Shown here: positions 16,061 through 25,097 of the stretch, piece after piece
Layout of the letters: each line of letters begins with the position of its first letter
How positions within the stretch are numbered: the first letter of the stretch is position 1
Source of the DNA: Xanthomonas campestris pv. campestris str. ATCC 33913
GTDB lineage: Bacteria > Pseudomonadota > Gammaproteobacteria > Xanthomonadales > Xanthomonadaceae
DNA: 32,000 nt
NCBI RefSeq assembly: GCF_000007145.1
Contig: NC_003902.1
Location: 1,747,436 to 1,779,435 of the forward strand
Reading direction: 5' to 3'
Made by a program: the position numbers and the translations under genes
The notes under the pieces: model-generated
Told to the model about the DNA's origin: nothing
Database searches by the model: none
Seen by the model: the letters and a program-made list of their open reading frames with translations, nothing else

Positions 16061-17262
16061 GCCCATTGCCCGCGACCCCCCCACCGGATTTCCGTTCGGC
16101 CGATGTCCTGCGCCAGCACATCGCCGACACCATGGCCTTCTACCACCCGCGCGCGATCGACCCGGCCGGTGGCTTTTTCCAGTATTTCCGCGACGACGGC
16201 TCCATCTACGACGCCGGGCACCGGCATCTGGTGAGCAGCACGCGCTTTGTCTTCAACTATGCGATGGCCTACCGCGAATTCGGCAATGCCGACTATCTGG
16301 ACGCGGTGCGGCATGGTCTGGCCTATTTGCGTAACGTGCACCGTAATGCCGCCACCGGCGGTTATGCGTGGACGCTGCGCGATGGCGTGGTGGAAGACGA
16401 CATGAACCACTGCTACGGCGTGGCCTTCGTGTTGCTGGCGTATTCGTGCGGCTTGAAGGCCGGCGTGGACGAAGCGCGCGCGTGGATGGACGAGACCTGG
16501 CAGCTACTGGAGAAACATTTCTGGGAGCCGGGTTTTGGTTTGTACCGTGACGAGGCCGATGCGCAGTTCAACTTCACCACGTATCGCGGCCAGAACGCCA
16601 ACATGCACATGTGCGAGGCAATGATCGCCGCCTACGAGGCCAGCGGTGAGCAGCGCTATCTCGACCGCGCGCTGCTGCTCGCCGACAACATGACCCGGCG
16701 CCAGGCCGCCAAGGCCGATGGCCTGGTGTGGGAGCACTACGATCTGCAGTGGAATATCGATTGGGACTACAACCGCGACAATCCCAAGCACCTGTTCCGT
16801 CCATGGGGATTCCAGCCCGGGCACCAGACCGAATGGGCCAAGTTGCTGATGTTGCTCGATCGCTATGCGCCGGCCGACTGGTTGCTGCCGACTGCGCAGC
16901 ACCTGTTCGATGTGGCGGTGGAGCGGTCGTGGGACGCGCAGCGTGGCGGGCTGTATTACGGTTTCGACCCCGACGGCAAGGTCTGCGACGACGACAAGTA
17001 TTTCTGGGTGCAGGCCGAGTCGCTGGCTGCCGCTGCGTTGCTGGCGCAGCGCAGCGGTGAGGCGCGCTACTGGCAATGGTACGACAAGCTCTGGGATTAT
17101 TCCTGGACGCACATGATCGATCACCGCTACGGCGCGTGGTACCGCATCCTGGATGCGGACAACCGCAAGTACAGTGACGAGAAGAGCCCGGCCGGCAAGA
17201 CCGATTACCACACCATGGGTGCGTGCTACGAAGTGTTGAACGTGTTGCGGCCGGCTGCGTGA
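16057..17262 (+). CDS. AGE-family (N-acylglucosamine 2-epimerase fold) sugar isomerase/epimerase, YihS/mannose-isomerase-like
   Basis: 401 aa. The ATG overlaps the kinase stop (ATGA). It is an alpha/alpha-6 barrel type sequence with conserved His residues in RGQNANMHMCEAM and GFQPGHQTEWAKLL. Confidence 0.8.
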   Translation: MSPLPATPPPDFRSADVLRQHIADTMAFYHPRAIDPAGGFFQYFRDDGSIYDAGHRHLVSSTRFVFNYAMAYREFGNADYLDAVRHGLAYLRNVHRNAATGGYAWTLRDGVVEDDMNHCYGVAFVLLAYSCGLKAGVDEARAWMDETWQLLEKHFWEPGFGLYRDEADAQFNFTTYRGQNANMHMCEAMIAAYEASGEQRYLDRALLLADNMTRRQAAKADGLVWEHYDLQWNIDWDYNRDNPKHLFRPWGFQPGHQTEWAKLLMLLDRYAPADWLLPTAQHLFDVAVERSWDAQRGGLYYGFDPDGKVCDDDKYFWVQAESLAAAALLAQRSGEARYWQWYDKLWDYSWTHMIDHRYGAWYRILDADNRKYSDEKSPAGKTDYHTMGACYEVLNVLRPAA

Positions 17263-17389
17263 TGCGACACGGTCGGCGGGGTGTGCCCACCTTTCAATGA
17301 CTTCAAGGCGCCGAGATATCGACTCGTAGCGGCATTTAGACGCAGTCAGACGTTGAGGTCAGAAGCCTAGTCGGTCGAGGGCGCGATTC

Positions 17390-17478
17390 CCTCACCGCTC
17401 ATGGGACACGCCGGGAACCCATCCCTGGGGGCTCGGTGGCGGCATCCATGCCGCCACACGGTCCCGCAAGCGGTGAGG
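17390..17478. repeat. Nested hairpin element (10-bp outer stem closing an inner 18-bp palindrome)
   Basis: The outer arms cctcaccgct (17390-17399) and agcggtgagg (17469-17478) are complementary, as are gggac and gtccc inside them. The inner palindrome ggcggcatccatgccgcc is at 17438-17455. Confidence 0.6.
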
Positions 17479-17569
17479 ACACCACGCCAGAGAGTTTTCT
17501 GGTTGCTTTGTTGAAAACCATGCACACCGCCCATCTCGATTGGTCCTTGTTTGCCCACTGTCGCGGGAC

Positions 17570-17602
17570 CTTACGCGGCATGGATGCCGCGTAAGCGCTT
17601 AC
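17570..17602. repeat. Second palindromic module carrying the same core in inverted orientation
   Basis: cttacgcggcat-gg-atgccgcgtaag (17570-17595, 12-bp arms) overlaps the 12-bp palindrome gtaagcgcttac (17591-17602). The core gcggcatggatgccgc is the reverse complement of the core at 17439-17454. Confidence 0.6.
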
Positions 17603-17677
17603 AAGGACGTACTTGCAGCGTATCGCGTGATGGGGGGCGGGCAAGGGCCCTGCAGCCAGGCGGCAGATCAGCTGCCC

Positions 17678-20434
<2,757 letters not shown>

Positions 20435-20516
20435 GCGGGCATCTGCAAGGTGACGGGTCGGCTAGAGCACGCGTGCGTGTCAGGCCGGCAACGAAGACGG
20501 CGCGCGCAGGCCTGCG

Positions 20517-21656
20517 TCATGCGGCTTGCTCCAGCGCGTTGGGTAGCTGGCGCGGCGGCAGGTCGGCCACGGCCTCGGCAATCGCGCGGATATGGTCCGG
20601 CGTGGTGCCGCAGCAACCGCCTACCAGGTTGAGTAGGCCGGATTTGGCGAACTCGCGCAGCGTTTCGGCCATTTCTGCCGGCGTCTCGTCGTATTCGCCG
20701 AACGCATTGGGCAGCCCGGCATTGGGATGCGCGCTGACGTAGGCATCGGCGATCTGCGAGAGCGTCTCCACGTGCGGGCGCAACTCCTTGGCGCCCAGCG
20801 CGCAGTTCAGGCCCACCGACAACGGCTTGCCGTGTGCGACCGAGGCGTAGAACGCTTCGGCGGTCTGCCCGGACAGCGTGCGCCCGGAGGCATCGGTGAT
20901 GGTGCCGGAGATCATCACCGGCAGGCGGCCGCCACGCGCTTCGAACACTTCTTCAATCGCATACAACGCAGCCTTGGCGTTGAGGGTGTCGAAGATGGTT
21001 TCCACCATCAAGGTATCGGCGCCGCCATCGATCAGGCCGTCGATGGCTTCGCGATAGGTTTCGCGCAGCGCATCGAAGCTGGTATTGCGGTAACCGGGGT
21101 CGTTGACGTCCGGGCTGATCGATGCGGTGCGGCTGGTGGGGCCGAGCACGCCGATCACAAAGCGCGGCTTCTGCGGTGTCAGCTCTTCGACGGCATCGCA
21201 ACAGGCGCGTGCGACCTGGGCACCGGCCTTGTTCAACTCGTACACCAGATGTTCGAGGTGATAGTCGGCCTGACTGACCGAGGTGGCGTTGAAGGTATTG
21301 GTTTCCAGCAGATCTGCACCGGCATCCAGGTAGGCGCGATGAATGCCGGCGATGATCTCCGGGCTGGACAGCAGCAGCAGATCGTTGTTGCCCTTCAGGT
21401 CATGCCCTTGCGGCGCGTGATCGCAGCCGGCGCCGTGCACGTGCCCTTGCGCGCTGTCGTACCCCTCGGCAAACCGCGTGCCGCGGTAATCGGATTCCTG
21501 CAGATCGTGACGCTGGATCATGGTGCCCATCGCACCGTCGATGATGAGGATGCGCTCGCGCAGCGCCGCGGTGAGCTTGGCGGCGCGCTCCGGGTGCAGC
21601 CATGGCAGCGAAAACGGGATGGAGGATTCGGCACTGGGGATTGGTAGGTGTGTCAT
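20517..21656 (-). CDS. metH: Methionine synthase, homocysteine S-methyltransferase (Hcy-binding) domain ORF
   Basis: 379 aa. [51 protein letters not shown] and [12 protein letters not shown] align with E. coli MetH residues about 1-350. It ends ...[13 protein letters not shown] at the interdomain linker. Confidence 0.93.
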   Translation of the reverse strand: MTHLPIPSAESSIPFSLPWLHPERAAKLTAALRERILIIDGAMGTMIQRHDLQESDYRGTRFAEGYDSAQGHVHGAGCDHAPQGHDLKGNNDLLLLSSPEIIAGIHRAYLDAGADLLETNTFNATSVSQADYHLEHLVYELNKAGAQVARACCDAVEELTPQKPRFVIGVLGPTSRTASISPDVNDPGYRNTSFDALRETYREAIDGLIDGGADTLMVETIFDTLNAKAALYAIEEVFEARGGRLPVMISGTITDASGRTLSGQTAEAFYASVAHGKPLSVGLNCALGAKELRPHVETLSQIADAYVSAHPNAGLPNAFGEYDETPAEMAETLREFAKSGLLNLVGGCCGTTPDHIRAIAEAVADLPPRQLPNALEQAA

Positions 21657-22648
21657 GCGTTGGCTCTCCGCGACGCGTTGCTCTTGCCTTCAACCAATCC
21701 CGACTCCCGATTCCCGATTCCCGGCTTCATCGCAATCAACGAGATCACTTCGAAATGCGGTGGACGCTTTTCGCGCGTCACTGACTCCAGGTTGGACACG
21801 TCCAGGCCGGCTTTCTCTACGAACTTGCGCAATTCCTTCGCTGCAAAGCCCAGGTTGACGTGGCCGTAGGCCTGCACCGCTGCGCGGTGCTCGTGCTTGG
21901 CCAGGCTGCACAGCAACAGCCGGCCGCCGGGGCGCAGTACGCGCGCCGACTCGGCCACCGCCTGCGCGGGCTTGGCTGCATAAGTGAGTGCGTGCATCAG
22001 CACCACCAGGTCGAAGCTGGCATCGGGGAAGGGCAGTGCATGCATGTCGCCTTCGCGCACTTCCACATTGCGCAGCTTGCGCAGGCGCTCGCTGGCCGCA
22101 GCGACCACGCGTGCGCTGGTGTCGATGCAGATGTAGCGGGTGGCGTGCGGCGCCACCAGCTCGGCGAGTACGCCATCGCCGGAGGCGATATCGAGCACGT
22201 CGCCGGTTTCCAGCAGCGGCAGCGCGGTGCGTGCCAGCGCTTCCCAGGTGCGCCCCGGGGAGTAATGCCGCTCCATGTCGCCGGCCACCGAATCGGCCCA
22301 GTTCTGGTCGGCGGCGCGGTTGGCGAGCACGGCAGCCACGCGCTCGGCGTCCTGGCGCAGCAGCGGGTCGTCGCTGCCGGTGCTCAGCGCCAGCCACAGC
22401 GCACGCTGGGCCGGGTCCAGTGACACTTCGTCAAACCGGTAGTAGGCCGACACGCCGGCGCGGCGGTCGCGCACCAAGCCAGCTTCCTTGAGCTTGGCCA
22501 GATGGGTGGAGACCCGCGGCTGCGCCAGGCGGGTGATGGCCGACAGCTCGGCCACGGTGAGTTCTTCCTGTTCCAGCAAGGCCAGCAGGCGTACCCGGGT
22601 GGCGTCGGCAAACACTTTCAGGCGGGCCGACCAGTCTTCCAGATCCAT
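21653..22648 (-). CDS. sahR: ArsR-type HTH fused to a SAM-dependent methyltransferase-like domain (SahR-type regulator of the methionine/SAM cycle)
   Basis: Interior ATG at 22648 ([59 protein letters not shown] is an ArsR HTH). The methyltransferase fold follows ([15 protein letters not shown]..., LRPGGRLLL). The stop overlaps the metH-N ATG by 4 nt. The SahR name rests on domain architecture plus genomic context only. Confidence 0.8.
   Translation of the reverse strand: MDLEDWSARLKVFADATRVRLLALLEQEELTVAELSAITRLAQPRVSTHLAKLKEAGLVRDRRAGVSAYYRFDEVSLDPAQRALWLALSTGSDDPLLRQDAERVAAVLANRAADQNWADSVAGDMERHYSPGRTWEALARTALPLLETGDVLDIASGDGVLAELVAPHATRYICIDTSARVVAAASERLRKLRNVEVREGDMHALPFPDASFDLVVLMHALTYAAKPAQAVAESARVLRPGGRLLLCSLAKHEHRAAVQAYGHVNLGFAAKELRKFVEKAGLDVSNLESVTREKRPPHFEVISLIAMKPGIGNRESGLVEGKSNASRRANA
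21696..21723. repeat. Heptamer microsatellite CGGGAAT x4 (minus-strand reading) in the 3' tail of the sahR-like gene
   Basis: The plus strand reads aatcccg actcccg attcccg attcccg. It encodes ...[10 protein letters not shown]... in the last 24 codons and lies 40-67 nt upstream of the metH-N ATG. Confidence 0.8.
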
Positions 22649-22649
22649 G

Positions 22650-22679
22650 AATATCTCTATATCGCGATATGGAGATATT
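22650..22679. promoter_or_regulatory. 30-bp nested palindrome AATATCTCTATATCGCGATATGGAGATATT (candidate SahR-type operator)
   Basis: 14 of 15 positions are symmetric. The inner 12-bp ATATCGCGATAT is perfect and the outer ATATC...GATAT pair is also perfect. It is strongly AT-rich in a GC-rich genome. It begins 2 nt upstream of the regulator ATG and overlaps the predicted -10. Confidence 0.6.
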
Positions 22680-22705
22680 TTCGACCGGGCGGGGTGTGGG
22701 GTCAA
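22677..22705 (-). promoter_or_regulatory. Predicted sigma70-type promoter of the sahR-metH operon
   Basis: Minus-strand TTGACC (22705-22700), a 17-nt spacer, then GAAAAT (22682-22677). The predicted TSS falls inside the palindrome. Confidence 0.45.
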
Positions 22706-22771
22706 CTACATACGCATGCGAATGGTTGTGGCTACAATGGCCGCTCAGCCAATACCCGGGAGGGGTCGAAC

Positions 22772-23920
22772 GTGGATTTCAGCTTTACCGAAGAACAACT
22801 GATGATCCAGGACGTGGCCCGCCGGATCGCGCAGGAAAAGATCGCCCCCAGCGCCGAGCAGTTCGACCGCAGCGGCGAGTTTCCGCTGGAGAACATCCAG
22901 TTGCTGGGCGAGAACGGCCTGATGGGCATCGAGGTGCCGGCCGAGTACGGCGGCGCCGGCATGGACCCGATCAGCTATGCGCTGGCGATGATCGAGATTG
23001 CCGCCGCCGATGGCGCGCACTCCACCATCATGTCGGTCAACAATTCGCTGTTCTGCACCGGCATCCTGAAGAACGGCACCGAGGCGCAGAAGCAGCTGTA
23101 CGTGCGCGCAATCGCCGAAGGCACGCACATCGGCGCATTTGCGCTGACCGAACCGCAGTCCGGCTCGGATGCCTCGGCCATGCGTTGCCGTGCGATCAAG
23201 CAGGGCGATGGCAGCTTCGTCATCAATGGCAAGAAGAGCTGGATCACCTCCGGCCCGGTGGCCAAGTACATCGTGTTGTTCGCGGTGACCGAGCCGGACA
23301 AGGGCTCGCGCGGCATTACTGCTTTCATGGTTGATACGGCGCGCGCCGGCTTCCATCGCGGCAAGACCGAGCCCAAGCTCGGCATCCGCGCCTCGGCCAC
23401 CTGCGAGATTGAGTTCGCCGATTACGTAGCGCAGCCGGACGAGGTGCTGGGCGCGGAAGGCGAGGGCTTCAAGACTGCGATGAGCGTGCTCGATGCAGGC
23501 CGGATCGGCATTGCCTCGCAGGCAGTGGGCATTGCGCGCGCGGCCTATGAGGCCACGCTGGCCTATGTGAAGGAGCGCAAGGCGTTTGGCGCGGCGATCG
23601 GCACCTTCCAGATGACCCAGGCCAAGATCGCCGACATGAAGTGCAAGCTCGACGCAGCCTTGCTGCTCACCTTGCGCGCGGCCTGGCTCAAGGGGCAGGG
23701 CCAGAAGTTCGGCACCGAAGCAGCGGTGGCCAAGCTCATCGCCTCGGAAGCGGCGATGTGGATCACCCATCAGGCCGTGCAAATCCACGGCGGCATGGGC
23801 TATTCCAAGGAAATGCCGCTGGAGCGCTACTTCCGCGATGCCAAGATCACCGAGATCTACGAAGGCACCTCGGAGATTCAACGCCTGGTGATCGCGCGGG
23901 GCGAAACCGGCCTGCGCTGA
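22772..23920 (+). CDS. Acyl-CoA dehydrogenase (short/medium-chain type)
   Basis: GTG at 22772 with GGAGG 8 nt upstream gives (M)DFSFTEEQLMIQDVARRIAQEKIAP, a classic ACAD N-terminus. ALTEPQSGSDA and the C-terminal YEGTSEIQRLVIAR motif are present. 382 aa. The track ORF is 5'-extended back to 22502. Confidence 0.92.
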   Translation: MDFSFTEEQLMIQDVARRIAQEKIAPSAEQFDRSGEFPLENIQLLGENGLMGIEVPAEYGGAGMDPISYALAMIEIAAADGAHSTIMSVNNSLFCTGILKNGTEAQKQLYVRAIAEGTHIGAFALTEPQSGSDASAMRCRAIKQGDGSFVINGKKSWITSGPVAKYIVLFAVTEPDKGSRGITAFMVDTARAGFHRGKTEPKLGIRASATCEIEFADYVAQPDEVLGAEGEGFKTAMSVLDAGRIGIASQAVGIARAAYEATLAYVKERKAFGAAIGTFQMTQAKIADMKCKLDAALLLTLRAAWLKGQGQKFGTEAAVAKLIASEAAMWITHQAVQIHGGMGYSKEMPLERYFRDAKITEIYEGTSEIQRLVIARGETGLR

Positions 23921-24348
23921 GGTCGGCCGCGCTCCAGCGCTGCCGCGTGTGCGGCAACGCTGGAACGCTCTCCGTGATGCCAATATCACCGAGATCTACG
24001 AAGGCACCTCGGAGATTCAACACCTGGTGATCGCGCGCGGCGAAACCGGGCTGCGCTGAGGTCGGCCGCGCTCCAGCGCTGCCGCGTGTGCGGCAACGCT
24101 GGAACGCTCTCCGTGATGCCAAGATCACCGAGATCTACGAAGGCACCTCGGAGATTCAACACCTGGTGATCGCGCGCGGCGAAACCGGGGTGTGCTGAGG
24201 TCGGCCGCGCTCCAGCGCTGCCGCGGGTGCGGCAACGCTGGAACGCTCTCCGCGATGCCAAGATCACCGAGATCTACGAAGGCACCTCGGAGATTCAACG
24301 CTTGGTGATCGCGCGCGGCGAAACCGGCCTGCGCTGAGGTCGGCCGCG
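23817..24348. repeat. 139-bp tandem repeat, about 3.8 copies, each holding the last 27 codons plus stop of the acyl-CoA dehydrogenase gene and a 40-nt hairpin
   Basis: GATGCCAAGATCACC recurs at 23837, 23976, 24115 and 24254 (period exactly 139). Stop codons are at 23918, 24057, 24196 and 24335. Copies are about 95-98% identical. Hairpins are at 23929-23968, 24068-24107 and 24207-24246. Confidence 0.95.
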
Positions 24349-24441
24349 TTTCGTCACGCGCCACCGGTCGAGGCCTATCCACATCAGGCGCGTAATAGTT
24401 TTGCTGGAATCGTGGTGTATCAGATGGCGATCCACCGCCTC

Positions 24442-24509
24442 GTAGGAGCGCGCTCGCGCGCGATGAGCCGTTATCGATAACGCTTCATCGCGCGCAAGCG
24501 CGCTCCTAC
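24442..24509. repeat. GTAG-type REP doublet (68-bp near-perfect palindrome)
   Basis: gtaggagcgcgctcgcgcgcgatgagccgttatcgataacgcttcatcgcgcgcaagcgcgctcctac. There are 3 mismatched pairs across the 34-bp arms. Confidence 0.8.
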
Positions 24510-24664
24510 AACGTCTGGGCTTGCAAGCCTGCATTTAGGCTTGAGCCGTTTCGGCGGCCGAGCCAACACCACATGCCACATCTGATTGGTCACATGCCTA
24601 TCGGGATCAGGCGCGTGATGGCCTTGCCGGTATCGCGGCGTATCCGGTTGCGATATCCCGCCTC

Positions 24665-24730
24665 GTAGGAGCGCGCTTGCGCGCGATGAAGCGTTACCGA
24701 TAACGCGACATCGCGCGCGCGCGCTCTTAC
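24665..24730. repeat. GTAG-type REP doublet (66 bp)
   Basis: gtaggagcgcgcttgcgcgcgatgaagcgttaccgataacgcgacatcgcgcgcgcgcgctcttac. Confidence 0.75.
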
Positions 24731-24885
24731 AACGCCTGGGCTTGCAAGCCTGCATTTAGGCTTGAGCCGTTTCGGCGGCCGAGCCAAGACCACGTGCCAC
24801 ATCTGATGAGTCACATGCCTATCGGGATCAGGCGCGTGATGGCGTTGCCGGTATCGCGGCGTATCCGGTTGCGATACCCCGCCTC

Positions 24886-24953
24886 GTAGGAGCGCGCTTG
24901 CGCGCGATGAGGCGTTACCGAGAACGCCACCTCGCGCACAAGCGCGCTCCTAC
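24886..24953. repeat. GTAG-type REP doublet (68 bp, more degenerate centre)
   Basis: gtaggagcgcgcttgcgcgcgatgaggcgttaccgagaacgccacctcgcgcacaagcgcgctcctac. Confidence 0.7.
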
Positions 24954-25097
24954 GATGTCTAGGCTGCTCAGCCTGCACGGCGTCAGGCGCCGAGCCACCA
25001 CCACAGCAGCGCCAAACCGCAGCCTCGCTGCGTACACGCTTGTCGTACGCCGCGCGCGCAGACCACAATCGCCGCATCTCCTGTCTCTGGTGCGCGC

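Larger units (their letters stand above)
24373..25004. repeat. 221-223-bp tandem repeat, about 2.8 copies, each containing one REPIN-like palindrome
   Basis: GCCTATC occurs at 24373 and 24596. GTAGGAGCGC occurs at 24442, 24665 and 24886. GGCTTGCAAGCC occurs at 24518 and 24739. The middle and right copies are near-identical over the first 140 nt. The left copy and the end of the right copy are diverged. Confidence 0.9.

Noticed and set aside
21657-22771. Search for a cobalamin or SAM riboswitch controlling metH
   Set aside because: metH-N starts 4 nt inside the upstream regulator gene, so there is no leader to hold a riboswitch. The only non-coding DNA (22649-22771) is 123 bp and dominated by the palindrome. 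I saw no B12-box-like or SAM-I-like conserved strings.
23847-24382. Three near-identical 85-93-aa minus-strand ORFs (MILASRRAFQRCRTRGSAGARPTSAQ...), which could be mistaken for a paralogous gene family
   Set aside because: They are simply the antisense reading of the 139-bp tandem repeat, each spanning two units. Their similarity comes from the DNA repeat. They are antisense to the ACAD C-terminal codons and have no SD or motifs.
24594-24668. A 24-codon mini-ORF (MPIGIRRVMALPVSRRIRLRYPAS*) present in two units of the 221-bp repeat (second copy at 24815). Both inter-copy differences fall on third codon positions
   Set aside because: Two synonymous differences out of two is weak evidence, about 1 in 9 by chance. 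The third (left) unit lacks the ATG and is diverged. There is no SD, and the ORF terminates in the TAG of the REP's GTAG head. I do not consider it supported.
23817-25004. Possibility that the regularly spaced repeats are a CRISPR array
   Set aside because: The periods are 139 and 221-223 bp, and the whole unit repeats, including the would-be spacers. There are no short 25-40-bp direct repeats separated by unique spacers, and there are no cas genes. These are minisatellites.
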